Below are positions 48,990 to 59,246 of a stretch of DNA of 64,000 nt, one piece after another. Source of the stretch: an uncultured Verrucomicrobiota bacterium (lineage in GTDB: Bacteria; Verrucomicrobiota; Verrucomicrobiia; Limisphaerales; J093); assembly GCA_964411985.1 (NCBI GenBank), contig CAYPNF010000033.1:14337-78336 (forward strand), written 5' to 3'. Both the position numbers and the translations under genes were made by a program. How positions within the stretch are numbered: position 1 is the first letter of the stretch; each line of letters starts with the position of its first letter. The notes beneath the pieces are model-generated. The model worked only from the letters and a program-made list of their open reading frames with translations. It was not told where the DNA came from and made no database searches.

Positions 48990-50030
48990 ATGAACACCGA
49001 ACCCGAAAATTACACTACTTCGACCGCGTCTTTACCCGCTGAGGTGGAACGTGAAACCGTTGAGCGACTCCTGGCGGGTCGCACTCGGATTGAAGCGGAG
49101 CTCGCCAAGGCGATCGTCGGTCAGAAGGAGGTCATCGACCAGATTCTGATCGCGCTCTTCGCCGGCGGCCACTGCTTGATCACGGGTGCACCTGGGCTGG
49201 CCAAGACCCTGCTCGTGAAGTCCATCGCCCAGATCTTCCACTTAAAATACCAGCGGATCCAGTTTACGCCCGATTTGATGCCGGCAGACATCACCGGGAC
49301 GGAGATTCTGCAGGAGACCCCCGATGGACGGAAGATGACCTTTGTGCGCGGCCCGGTCTTTGCGAACATGATCCTGGCCGACGAAATCAACCGTACGCCG
49401 CCGAAGACCCAAGCGGCGCTGCTTGAGGCAATGCAGGAACATCAGGTGACCGCAGCGGGCACCCGGCACTCCTTGGAGGAGCCTTTCTTCGTGCTCGCCA
49501 CCCAGAACCCCATTGAGATGGAGGGAACCTATCCGTTACCCGAGGCGCAACTCGATCGGTTTATGTTCAACGTGGTGATGGATTACCTTCCGGAAGATGA
49601 GGAGGTCGACGTGGTGACCCGAACTACCGCTGACCAGCCGATGGCGATCAGCACGTTGTTTACGGGCGAGGACGTCCTGCGCTTTCAGGCCGTCGTGCGG
49701 ACGGTCCCGATTGCCGAGGAGATGGTCCGCTACGCCGTCCGACTGGCTGCCGCCTCGCGTCCGAAACCTGGACGGGCCCTGGATTTCATCAACTCGTGGG
49801 TCAGTTGGGGGGCGGGAACTCGGGCGGGGCAATTCCTGGTACTTGGGGCGAAGGTGCGTGCGCTGTTCAACGGGCGTGCGCACGTCGCGATGGAGGACAT
49901 TCAGGCGCTTGCCGGGCCAGTGTTGCGGCACCGCATCCTGCTCAACTACCGTGCTGAGGCCGAGGGTACAAATGTGGAGGAAGTGATTCGCCGCCTGCTC
50001 GATACCCTCCAGCCGCCCCTTCGCACATGA
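48990..50030 (+). CDS. moxR: MoxR family AAA+ ATPase
   Basis: GAPGLAKT, RIQFTPDLMPADITG, DEINRTPPKTQAALLEAM and EGTYPLPEAQLDRF. Confidence 0.95.
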   Translation: MNTEPENYTTSTASLPAEVERETVERLLAGRTRIEAELAKAIVGQKEVIDQILIALFAGGHCLITGAPGLAKTLLVKSIAQIFHLKYQRIQFTPDLMPADITGTEILQETPDGRKMTFVRGPVFANMILADEINRTPPKTQAALLEAMQEHQVTAAGTRHSLEEPFFVLATQNPIEMEGTYPLPEAQLDRFMFNVVMDYLPEDEEVDVVTRTTADQPMAISTLFTGEDVLRFQAVVRTVPIAEEMVRYAVRLAAASRPKPGRALDFINSWVSWGAGTRAGQFLVLGAKVRALFNGRAHVAMEDIQALAGPVLRHRILLNYRAEAEGTNVEEVIRRLLDTLQPPLRT

Positions 50031-50989
50031 CCCCGGACTCTCCGCTTCCTTCGCTGCCCGCCGGATCCCGCATCGACCCGCGGGTGCTGATGCGCATCCG
50101 CAACCTCGAGATGCGGGCCCGCCTGGTCGTCGAAGGTTTTTGGAGCGGTCTTCATCGAAGTCCTTACCACGGCTTTTCCGTGGAGTTTACCGAATACCGG
50201 CAATACACGCCGGGGGACGATCTGCGTTACCTGGATTGGCGGGTATTCGGGCGGAGCGACCGGTACTTCATCAAGCGGTTTGAAGATGAAACCAACCTGC
50301 GCTGCCACCTGCTGGTGGACCAAAGCCGATCGATGGCCTATGGATCGATCGGCTACACGAAGGCGGACTATGCGGCCACCCTTGCCGCCACTCTGGGCTA
50401 TTTCCTGTTCATGCAGGGCGACGCGATTGGGTTGCTCACCTTCGATGACCAAGTGCGTGACTATCTTCCAGCCAGCCACCGAACCGGGCATCTGCGGCGC
50501 CTCATGGTGGCCCTGGAACGACCGGCTGGAGGGCAGGCCACGGATCTGGCCGCTCCCCTCCGGCGTATTGCAGAAATTATCAGAAAACGGGGGTTGGTGG
50601 TTCTGATTACGGATTTTCTGGCTCCCATCGACCAGCTCGAACGGTCCCTGATCCAGCTGAGCGCAAGTGGCCACGAAATCGTCGTATTCCAGATTGTGGA
50701 TCCGGCGGAACTTACATTCGAATTCCGGGAACCCGCACTCTTCGAAGACGCGGAAACGGGGCAGAAGCTCCTGGTAGAGCCAGGAGCCGCGCGCGCTGAA
50801 TACCTGCGGCGTTTCGCAGACCACTGCAACGGGGTACGCGCTCTTTGCCAACGGCTGGGCAGCAGTTACTCCCAACTGTCCACGGAGCAGCCGTTGGAAA
50901 TGGCTCTCTTTGACTTCTTACGGGCGCGGACCCAACAGAGCCGCCGAATCCGGCGAACGTTTCGCCCTGCCAACCGGATGCCCGTATGA
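50027..50989 (+). CDS. DUF58 (VWA-like) protein
   Basis: EFTEYRQYTPGDDLRYLDW and intact MIDAS DQSRS. Confidence 0.93.
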   Translation: MTPDSPLPSLPAGSRIDPRVLMRIRNLEMRARLVVEGFWSGLHRSPYHGFSVEFTEYRQYTPGDDLRYLDWRVFGRSDRYFIKRFEDETNLRCHLLVDQSRSMAYGSIGYTKADYAATLAATLGYFLFMQGDAIGLLTFDDQVRDYLPASHRTGHLRRLMVALERPAGGQATDLAAPLRRIAEIIRKRGLVVLITDFLAPIDQLERSLIQLSASGHEIVVFQIVDPAELTFEFREPALFEDAETGQKLLVEPGAARAEYLRRFADHCNGVRALCQRLGSSYSQLSTEQPLEMALFDFLRARTQQSRRIRRTFRPANRMPV

Positions 50990-53091
50990 GTTTCCTCGCG
51001 CCACTCTTCTTGATTGGTGGATTGGCGGTGGCGCTCCCGGTGCTGTTCCATCTGATCCGGCAGACGACTCGGGATCGCACGGTTTTCAGTTCCTTGATGT
51101 TCCTTCGGCCCACTCCGCCCAGACTGACCCGTCGGAGCCGACTCGAGCATCTCCTGCTGCTCGCGATTCGTTGCCTGGTGTTGTGTTTGCTGGCCGCAGG
51201 GTTCGCCCGGCCGTTCCTGAAGGGGCCGATGCCGGCCGACGGCGCGGCCGGTTCCTCCAGACGTATCGTCCTCCTCGTGGATGCTGGGGCCAGCATGCGG
51301 CGCGGGAACCTGTGGGGGGAAGCCCGGGAGAAGGCGGCGAAGATCTTTAGAACAGCAGCCCCGGCGGACCAGGTAGCGGTGCTGACTTTCGATCAGCGGC
51401 TCCACTCTCTGGTGGCATTTGACCAGTGGAAGACCACATCCATTGGCGACCGAGCCGCCCTGGCGGAGCGGCTTTTGGCGGCAGCAACGCCCGGCTGGCT
51501 CAGTTCGCACTTGGATGATGCCCTGACTCAGGCGGCGGAGATGTTAGCCGATTCAACCGCCCAGACTCCCGGCCAACGCCAGATCATCCTGATCAGCGAT
51601 CTCAAGGAGGGCAGTCGACTTGGGGGGCTTCAGGGCCATGACTGGCCTAGGGGCATCGAAGTGCTGCTCGATCCAGTGGGCCCTCTCAAGACGAGCAATG
51701 CGGGATTGGAGTTGGCGGCGACCGCGGAGGAGACAGAAACCTCCGCCGCAGCGACGGTCCGAGTGCGGGTGGTGAACGCTGCCGACTCGCAGCGCGACCG
51801 GTTCAGCGTGGCCTGGTCGGACTCCAATGGACAACCAGTGCCCGGAACCGCGCAGGAAGTGTGGCTGCCTGCTGGCCAGAGCCGAATCGTTTCCCTGCCT
51901 GTTGTGCCTCAACTCGGCACGGCGCGACTGATGCTTCGCGGCGACGAGGAGGAGTTCGACAACAACCTCTTCGTTATCCCACCGGAAGCGGCTCGGTCGA
52001 GCGTACTCTACATAGGGCGTGAAGCGGAGAAGGATGCTCGTGAACCCTTCTACTTTCTGCAGCGTGCCCTGCAGAACACCCGGCAGCGAACGGTACGCTT
52101 GGTTCTTCGGGGACCAGAGGCACCCTCGCTTGCCGTCGAAGCACGCGAGGCCGATGTGATCGTCGTGGCCGATCCTCTGGGGGATGCGGCCCTGACCGAG
52201 ATACGGGCCCTGGTGGAGACCGGAAAGACTCTGCTGTGTGTATGCCGAACACCCGCGATGTCAGCCACACTCGCCCGGTTCGTCGGGCGCGAAGCACTCT
52301 CCTTGGAGGAAGCCCTGGTCAGCAGTTACGCTATGCTCTCAGAAGTGGACCTGCGTCACCCGCTCTTTACCCCATTCGCAGATCCCAGGTTCAACGATTT
52401 CACCGGGATCCATTTCTGGAAGTACCGGCGTCTGGACCCCGCGGCTCTGCCGGGAGCACGAGTGCTGGCGAAATTCGACACCGAAGACCCAGCCTTGATC
52501 GAGCTTCCGGTTGGCAAAGGCCGCGCGCTGGTCCTTATGTCGGGTTGGCAGCCCTTCGACAGTCAACTCGCTCTCTCCTCCAAGTTCGTGCCGCTACTCC
52601 ACTCCGTCCTCGAATTGGGGGCGCGGGGGGGGCGCCCGGAGGTCAGTTACCCAGTGGGCGAGTCGATCCCGCTTCCTACTGAGCTAGTCGCCGCAGGCGG
52701 GGCGCTGACGGTGCTGCGTCCCGATGGTTCCACGGTGACGATGGAGTCCGGCGCCACCCACTTTACCCAGAGTGGCCTGCCGGGGATCTATCGGGTAACC
52801 CTGGGGGAGAACTCGAGGCAGTTTGCGGTGAACCTGGACCCGGCCGAGAGTCGGACCGCGCCTCTTGCGGTGGAGCAACTGGAGCAGATAGGGGTGCCAG
52901 TTGTCGCTCGCTTGGCCGAAGCGGCGAGGGAAACCAGAGTCACGAGGCAACTACAGAATGCGGAACAGGAGGAACGTCAAAGGCTCTGGCGTTGGTTCCT
53001 TGTGGCCACCGTGGCGGCGCTCCTGTTTGAAACCTGGCTGGCTGGACGCGCCACGCGACATCTGGCCGTAGCGGGGGAGGTACCCTCATGA
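50986..53091 (+). CDS. BatA-domain/VWA membrane protein
   Basis: MSFLAP...LPVLFHL...FSSLMFL...FARP BatA double-TM N-terminus; VWA with degenerate DAGAS; C-terminal TM with ETWL. Confidence 0.88.
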   Translation: MSFLAPLFLIGGLAVALPVLFHLIRQTTRDRTVFSSLMFLRPTPPRLTRRSRLEHLLLLAIRCLVLCLLAAGFARPFLKGPMPADGAAGSSRRIVLLVDAGASMRRGNLWGEAREKAAKIFRTAAPADQVAVLTFDQRLHSLVAFDQWKTTSIGDRAALAERLLAAATPGWLSSHLDDALTQAAEMLADSTAQTPGQRQIILISDLKEGSRLGGLQGHDWPRGIEVLLDPVGPLKTSNAGLELAATAEETETSAAATVRVRVVNAADSQRDRFSVAWSDSNGQPVPGTAQEVWLPAGQSRIVSLPVVPQLGTARLMLRGDEEEFDNNLFVIPPEAARSSVLYIGREAEKDAREPFYFLQRALQNTRQRTVRLVLRGPEAPSLAVEAREADVIVVADPLGDAALTEIRALVETGKTLLCVCRTPAMSATLARFVGREALSLEEALVSSYAMLSEVDLRHPLFTPFADPRFNDFTGIHFWKYRRLDPAALPGARVLAKFDTEDPALIELPVGKGRALVLMSGWQPFDSQLALSSKFVPLLHSVLELGARGGRPEVSYPVGESIPLPTELVAAGGALTVLRPDGSTVTMESGATHFTQSGLPGIYRVTLGENSRQFAVNLDPAESRTAPLAVEQLEQIGVPVVARLAEAARETRVTRQLQNAEQEERQRLWRWFLVATVAALLFETWLAGRATRHLAVAGEVPS

Positions 53092-56000
53092 TCGATCCAG
53101 CACTCGCCCGGTCGCTTCGCCCTGTGGTTCGGCGCCGCATGCAGCTGCAGCTTAGCTGGCGATTGGCGGCATGTTGGGTGCTAGGTGCACTCAGCGGCGC
53201 GGTGCTCATGGCACTTCACCGGTGGGGGCTCCCAATCCTTCCCTACGCCTTCTGGGGGATCTGCCTGGTCAGCGCGGTAGCCGTGACGGTCGCGGTCCGG
53301 AGCCTCTTTCTGAACCGAACCGATTGGCGATGGGCAGCACGGCGGGTCGAAGAGCGCTATCCCGAATTGAAGGGACTCCTCCTGACAGCAGCGCAGCTGC
53401 CGGGCAAGGAGTCGGGGAACCCTCACTACTTGGAGAAGCGGCTCGTGCAAGAGGCGGTATTGCACGGCCATACACACGAGTGGGCGCAGGCAGTGCCGGG
53501 CTGGCAGGTTGGCTTGGGGCACGTTGGCCACGGAATGTCCCTGGCACTGCTGGCTTGGGTCCTGTGGGCTTTGCCTGTGTCCGTGCCGAAGCCCCTGTCC
53601 ATGCCGGGAGTGCGCGCGGCGGCGGGTGTGACCGTGCTGCCGGGCGACACTTCTCTGGAGCGTGGGAGCAGCCTGGTGGTCCTGGCGCGATTCGAAGGTG
53701 CTCTTCCCTCTTCGGTCGACTTGGTGGTGGGAGAGGCTGCCGAGGCTAGCCGCAGGATTCCGTTGGTCAAGAGTCTTGCCGATCCCGTGTTCGGCTCCAG
53801 TGTGCCGGAGGTTATGGAACCGCTGGTCTACCATCTGGAGTACGCCGGCCAGAAAACCCGGAGTTTCCGTGTCAGCGTCTTCGAGTATCCGCGCCTTCTG
53901 AGGGCCGACGCGGAGCTCACCTTCCCCGCTTACACCGGCCTCGCACCGCGGCGCGTTGAGGACACCCGGCGCCTGAGTGCGGTGGAAGGCAGCCGGATGG
54001 ACTTGATCCTCCAGCTGAACAAGCCAGTGGCATCCGCCGCTTTGATAGCCAAGACCCAGGAGCGCACTCGGCTTCCCCTGCAATCGACGAACGCGCAAAC
54101 CACCGCTTACCTCAAGCAGTTCCTCTTCGCGTCTAGCATGACTTACGAACTGCAGTTGGTCGATGCTGAAGGGCGCACCAACAAGCTGCCGACCCAGTTC
54201 GTATTTGAAGTGTTGACGAACCGCCAACCGGAACTGCGTCTGGCTGCGCCCCGCGGCGACCTGCGGCCCTCCGCGCTTGAAGAAATCCGGTTTGAGGGAA
54301 CGGCCTGGGATGACTTTGGCCTGTCCTCCTTTGGTTTGGGATACACAGTGGCGGGAGAAGAGACCGTCCTGCTTGAGCTGGGACGGGCGATTCCTGCCAA
54401 AGAAAAACGGACCTTCAAGCATCGGCTCAAGTTGGAGGATCTTGGGGTACAGCCTGACCAGCTGATTTCCTGGTTCCTCTGGGCCGACGATTCGGGGCCG
54501 GAAGGTGAGACGCGTCGCACGACCACCGATTTGTTCTTCGGTGAGGTCCGTCCCTTCGACGAAGTCTTTCGGGAAGGGCAATCCAACGAGAGCCAATCGG
54601 ATTCACAAGAGTCGGGCGAGCAGGGCGAGCAGCAAGGCAATCAGACCGCCCGGCTGGCGGAGCTGCAGAAACAGATCCTCAGCGCCACCTGGAAGCTTCA
54701 GCGCGAACACAGGGCCTCGGCGTCTCCCACCTACACCAAGGATGTGCTCGTGGTCATGGAGTCGCAGAAGCAAGCCTTGGAGCAGGCGGAGACGATGCGG
54801 GAGCGTGCTGAGGAGCCACGCACCGCTGGGCTTTGGGAGGCAGTGACCAAGGAGATGGAGCTTGCGGCGCAGAGGCTGGAGGCCGCAACCAACGCTCCGC
54901 CGTTGCTGAAGCCGGCCGTGGTCGCAGAGCAGTCCGCCTACCAAGCCTTGCTCAGGCTGCAGGCGCGTGAGCATGAGGTGGCAAGGGCCAACAGCCGAAG
55001 CCGCGGCCAGAACGCCGGACGGCAGGGAAACCAGCGGCAGCTCGAACAGATGGAGTTGACTCAGTCGGAGAACCGCTACGAGCGCCAGAGTGAAGCTCGA
55101 GCCCCGCAGACTCCCGAACGCCGCGAGCAATTGCAGGTTATGAACCGGCTGCAGGAGCTGGCCCGCCGCCAACAGGATCTCAACGAACGACTCAAGGAAC
55201 TCCAGAGCGCCCTTCAGGAGGCCCGAACCGAGAAGGAGCGCGAGGAAGTCCGGCGACGACTCAAGCGCCTTCAGGAGGAGGAGCAGCAGATGCTTGCCGA
55301 CGTCGATGAGGTGCGTCAGCGCATGGAGCGTCCCGAAAACCAGTCCAGGATGGCGGAAGAACGCCGACAGTTGGACCAGACCCGTAACGAGGTCCAGAGG
55401 GCCGCCGAGGCCGCGAGCCAAGGCTCGACTTCGCAGGCCTTGGCGTCAGGGACCCGGGCACAGCGCCAACTGCAAGACCTGCGCGACGAGATGAGGAAAG
55501 AGAACTCCAGCGAGTTTACGGAAGAGATGCGGGAACTGCGGAACCAGGCTCGGGAACTCTCGAGCCAGCAAGAAGAGATTGCCCGGAAGCTGGAAACAGA
55601 GGCAGCGACCGGCCGGAAGACGCTCTCAGACTCGGATCAGCTAGGGGATGTTCCCGCCCAGATTGCCCGGCAGAAGGAACGACTCACGAACCTTGTGGAA
55701 CGTGCCACCGACGTTTCTCAGCAGGCCGAAACGTCCCAGCCTTTGCTTTCACGGCAGCTCTACGACACCCTGCGAAGGTTTTCCCAGCGGACCGCGGGTG
55801 GCGTGAAGGAGTCCCAAGAAGAACTACTCCGCCGAGGCCTGATGACCCGGAACCTCTACGACCGTCTGCAGGACTCTAGCCAGCCGGACGGCGCCAAACT
55901 GCTGGACGCAGCCGAAGAGATGGTGCGCCAGAGCGCCATCCCCCAGGCACGTCAGATCGGCCAACGCGCCCGCGCTGGTTTTGACGAGCTCAAGACAGGA

Positions 56001-56831
56001 GTGGAGAGGGCAGCCGAGAGCGTGCTCGGCGACGACACTGAGGCGCTGCGTCAGGCCAGGCAGGAACTCGATCGTGTTAGTCAGGATTTGCAGCGTGAGA
56101 TGGCCCGGTCTGAACCCGGCAACGCGTCCAGCCCGGCGTCGCGCACAGGGTCGGAATCCGAAGCGTCGGCCCATGACCAAGGAAGGACTGGCACCAACAA
56201 CGCAGCCGCAGGCAGACAATCCAATGACGCACAATCACGACAAGGAGACACGCCGGGCCAGGCAGGTGACCAACCTGGTTCTCAGCAGGCAGCCCGCAGC
56301 GGGCAAGGCCAGGGGAGGGGGGAACCGGGTGCCCGCCCAGGCGAGCTCGACCGTCAGGGCGAGGCTGAACGAACTGCCTCTGGTACCGGGAGAAGCGCTC
56401 CCACAGGCGGTAACCGACAAGGACGAGAGGTGGGCGGCAACTATGGGGCCGACTCGGGAGGGCCCCTCAACGATGGTGAGCTTCGTCAGGCGGGACCCCT
56501 TACAGGGGATGAGTTTTCACCCTGGTCGGACCGCCTCCGAGAGGTGGAGGAGATGATCGACTTTCCTGATTTACGAAACCGAGTGGCCGGGGCTCGTGAG
56601 CAGGCACGCTCGATGCGCCAGGAATTCCGCAAGGATCTGAAAAAGCCTGATTGGGCGCAAGTTCGGCTGCGCGTACTCGAACCCCTGGTAGAAGTGCGCA
56701 ACCGGATCGCCGAAGAACTCGCCCGGCGCGAATCACGGGAGGCTCTGGTGCCGATCGACCGGGATCCGGTTCCCAGTCGGTATTCCGAGATGGTGCGACG
56801 TTATTATGAGGATTTGGGAAAAGACAAGTGA
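53088..56831 (+). CDS. DUF4175-like large coiled-coil membrane protein
   Basis: Three N-terminal TM segments, Ig-like region with DDFGL, long Q/E/R coiled coil, terminal VPSRYSEMVRRYYEDL. Confidence 0.82.
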   Translation: MIDPALARSLRPVVRRRMQLQLSWRLAACWVLGALSGAVLMALHRWGLPILPYAFWGICLVSAVAVTVAVRSLFLNRTDWRWAARRVEERYPELKGLLLTAAQLPGKESGNPHYLEKRLVQEAVLHGHTHEWAQAVPGWQVGLGHVGHGMSLALLAWVLWALPVSVPKPLSMPGVRAAAGVTVLPGDTSLERGSSLVVLARFEGALPSSVDLVVGEAAEASRRIPLVKSLADPVFGSSVPEVMEPLVYHLEYAGQKTRSFRVSVFEYPRLLRADAELTFPAYTGLAPRRVEDTRRLSAVEGSRMDLILQLNKPVASAALIAKTQERTRLPLQSTNAQTTAYLKQFLFASSMTYELQLVDAEGRTNKLPTQFVFEVLTNRQPELRLAAPRGDLRPSALEEIRFEGTAWDDFGLSSFGLGYTVAGEETVLLELGRAIPAKEKRTFKHRLKLEDLGVQPDQLISWFLWADDSGPEGETRRTTTDLFFGEVRPFDEVFREGQSNESQSDSQESGEQGEQQGNQTARLAELQKQILSATWKLQREHRASASPTYTKDVLVVMESQKQALEQAETMRERAEEPRTAGLWEAVTKEMELAAQRLEAATNAPPLLKPAVVAEQSAYQALLRLQAREHEVARANSRSRGQNAGRQGNQRQLEQMELTQSENRYERQSEARAPQTPERREQLQVMNRLQELARRQQDLNERLKELQSALQEARTEKEREEVRRRLKRLQEEEQQMLADVDEVRQRMERPENQSRMAEERRQLDQTRNEVQRAAEAASQGSTSQALASGTRAQRQLQDLRDEMRKENSSEFTEEMRELRNQARELSSQQEEIARKLETEAATGRKTLSDSDQLGDVPAQIARQKERLTNLVERATDVSQQAETSQPLLSRQLYDTLRRFSQRTAGGVKESQEELLRRGLMTRNLYDRLQDSSQPDGAKLLDAAEEMVRQSAIPQARQIGQRARAGFDELKTGVERAAESVLGDDTEALRQARQELDRVSQDLQREMARSEPGNASSPASRTGSESEASAHDQGRTGTNNAAAGRQSNDAQSRQGDTPGQAGDQPGSQQAARSGQGQGRGEPGARPGELDRQGEAERTASGTGRSAPTGGNRQGREVGGNYGADSGGPLNDGELRQAGPLTGDEFSPWSDRLREVEEMIDFPDLRNRVAGAREQARSMRQEFRKDLKKPDWAQVRLRVLEPLVEVRNRIAEELARRESREALVPIDRDPVPSRYSEMVRRYYEDLGKDK

Positions 56832-56870
56832 TGAGATGGTTGGGATTCGAATTGTAGGTGACCGACTGAC

Positions 56871-59246
56871 GTGATGCTCGTTGCGATCCTCATATTCTCT
56901 CGATGGAACTGGCTCTGGGTGGTCGCCGCAGTGCTGGCGGTCACACTGCTATTGCTATTCTGGGGCTATCGCCGAGTGCCGGGCGGTCGCTTGCGCTGGA
57001 CTTGCGCGAGCCTAAAGGCGCTGGGAATGGCGGCCTTGGGGTTGTGCTTGCTGGAACCCACCTGGTTAGGGCAGCGCGCTCGCCCGGGAGCAAATCTCCT
57101 GGCCATCGTAGCTGACAACAGCGAGAGCCTGCAGGTCAAAGATCCAGGGCAGAACGCCAGCCGTGGCGAGCTCCTGCGCGAGTTGCTCGACCCGCAGCAG
57201 CAGTCGTGGCAGGCTTCCTTGGAGGACAACTTCGAAGTGCGACATTTCTCGTTCGATTCCCGGCTTCAGAGTCTTAAGGACTACACGGAACTGAATTTCG
57301 ATGGGCGCGCGTCCAGCATCGGTTCGGCCTTGAGAACCATCAAGGAACGTTTTAGCGGCCGTCCCCTCGCGGGGATTGTGCTCTTGACTGACGGCAACGC
57401 GACCGATGCACGAACCGTTCCTCTCGATGTGGCAGGCCTGCCGCCCATCTATCCCGTGGTCGTTGGAGGCTCCGAACCCATCCGGGACATTGCCCTCCAG
57501 GAAACGCGCGTGACCCAGGCGGTCTTCGAGGACGCCCCCGTGCAAGTGCAAGCCGACGTGACGGCAACGGGCTATCAGGGAGATACGGTCGTGGCACAGT
57601 TGCTGGATCCCTTGGGCAAGAAGGTCGCCGAACAGCTGCTGAGCGCGCGCAAGGAGAACGATCGATTGACCTTTCGTTTTCAACTGCGCCCGGACAAGCC
57701 TGGTCTCTGTTTCTATCGGATCCGCGTTGGGACGAAAGCAGAGATGACGGGGACGGCGGATCCGCAGAAGACGAGAGAGGCCACCCTGGCCAACAATACG
57801 CAGGTCGTGGTGGTGGACCGGCGGCGAGGGCCGTACCGGGTGCTTTACGTTGCGGGGCGGCCCAATTGGGAATTCAAGTTCCTCAACCGGGCGCTGCAGG
57901 AGGACCAGGAGATCGAGTTGGTGGGTTTGATTCGCGCGGCCAACCGCGAGCCGAAATTCAACTTCCTGGGCCGCTCGGGGGAGACGAGTAACCCCCTGTT
58001 CCGTGGGTTCGACGCACAAGGACAGCAGGAGGTCGAGCGTTATGATCAACCCGTGCTCGTGCGCCTGAACACTCGCGATGAATTCGAACTCCGCAGTGGG
58101 TTTCCCTCCAAGCCGGAGGACCTTTACAGCTATCACGCGGTGATTCTCGACGATCTTGAGGCTGGCTTCTTCTCACCGGACCAGGCGTTGCTCCTGCAGA
58201 AGTTCGTATCGGAGCGGGGGGGAGGTTTTCTGATGTTAGGAGGAATGGAGTCGTTCCAGCAGGGCAAGTACCAGCGAACCCCGATCGGCGACATGTTGCC
58301 CGTGTACCTGGAACGTGTGGAAGCCACCAATCCACCCGGGCCGCTGCGTCTCGATTTGACCCGGGAGGGAATGCTGCAATCGTGGGCGCGACTGCGCGAC
58401 AACGAGGCCGATGAGCGGAGTCGTTTGGCGGGTATGTCGGCATTCCAGGTGCTCAACCGCATCCGCGAGGTGAAGCCTGGGGCGAGCGTAGTGGCAACGG
58501 CAAAGGACGACGCAGGCCATAGCTATCCTGCGCTGGTAGTGCAAAGGTTCGGCCGGGGGCGCAGCGCGGCCCTGACCGTGGGCGATGTGTGGCGGTGGGG
58601 CTTCCGTGACGCCGGAGCGCATCGTGACATGGACAAGGCCTGGCGACAGTGGATCCGCTCACTCATCGCGGATGTGCCCAACCGGGTGGATCTTGCCGTT
58701 GAACCCGCGCCCACTGAAGCCACGGGAACTGTCCAACTGCAGGTGAGAGTGAGGGATGCCAAGTTTCACCCCATGGACGACGCGGTGGTGAGCCTGGAGA
58801 TCCAGCCGGTTCTGATCGAGGGCGAGGGAAGTGCCACGAATGTACTTCGCTTTAAGGCGGAAGCCTCCTCGCGGGAAGCGGGACTGTATCAAGCCTCTTT
58901 CTTTCCGCGTGTTTCCGGAGGCTACCGCGTCACAGCGGCTGTCACGGATGGGGCGGGCAATGAAATGGGACGGGCCGAGGGAGGGTGGAGCACCGATCTG
59001 GCGGCCGAGGAGTTCAGAACGTTGTCACCAAATCTTGCGCTGCTGGAGAGTCTGGCGACCAAGACTGGAGGGGAAGTTGTTCCCGGCAACCGACTGGAGG
59101 AATTCGCTCGCGAGTTACCCCATCGCCAAGCCCCTGTGATGGACGCGTGGTCCTTCCCGGTATGGCACACTACGGCCATGTTTGCTTTTGCCTTAAGCTG
59201 CCTGCTCGCCGAATGGGGACTGCGGCGGTGGAAAGGAGTGCCATGA
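56871..59246 (+). CDS. Membrane VWA plus glutamine-amidotransferase-like (DUF1355-type) protein
   Basis: Two N-terminal TM segments, MIDAS DNSES and LLTDG, WEFKFL, GGGFLMLGG, C-terminal EWGLRRWKG. Confidence 0.85.
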   Translation: MMLVAILIFSRWNWLWVVAAVLAVTLLLLFWGYRRVPGGRLRWTCASLKALGMAALGLCLLEPTWLGQRARPGANLLAIVADNSESLQVKDPGQNASRGELLRELLDPQQQSWQASLEDNFEVRHFSFDSRLQSLKDYTELNFDGRASSIGSALRTIKERFSGRPLAGIVLLTDGNATDARTVPLDVAGLPPIYPVVVGGSEPIRDIALQETRVTQAVFEDAPVQVQADVTATGYQGDTVVAQLLDPLGKKVAEQLLSARKENDRLTFRFQLRPDKPGLCFYRIRVGTKAEMTGTADPQKTREATLANNTQVVVVDRRRGPYRVLYVAGRPNWEFKFLNRALQEDQEIELVGLIRAANREPKFNFLGRSGETSNPLFRGFDAQGQQEVERYDQPVLVRLNTRDEFELRSGFPSKPEDLYSYHAVILDDLEAGFFSPDQALLLQKFVSERGGGFLMLGGMESFQQGKYQRTPIGDMLPVYLERVEATNPPGPLRLDLTREGMLQSWARLRDNEADERSRLAGMSAFQVLNRIREVKPGASVVATAKDDAGHSYPALVVQRFGRGRSAALTVGDVWRWGFRDAGAHRDMDKAWRQWIRSLIADVPNRVDLAVEPAPTEATGTVQLQVRVRDAKFHPMDDAVVSLEIQPVLIEGEGSATNVLRFKAEASSREAGLYQASFFPRVSGGYRVTAAVTDGAGNEMGRAEGGWSTDLAAEEFRTLSPNLALLESLATKTGGEVVPGNRLEEFARELPHRQAPVMDAWSFPVWHTTAMFAFALSCLLAEWGLRRWKGVP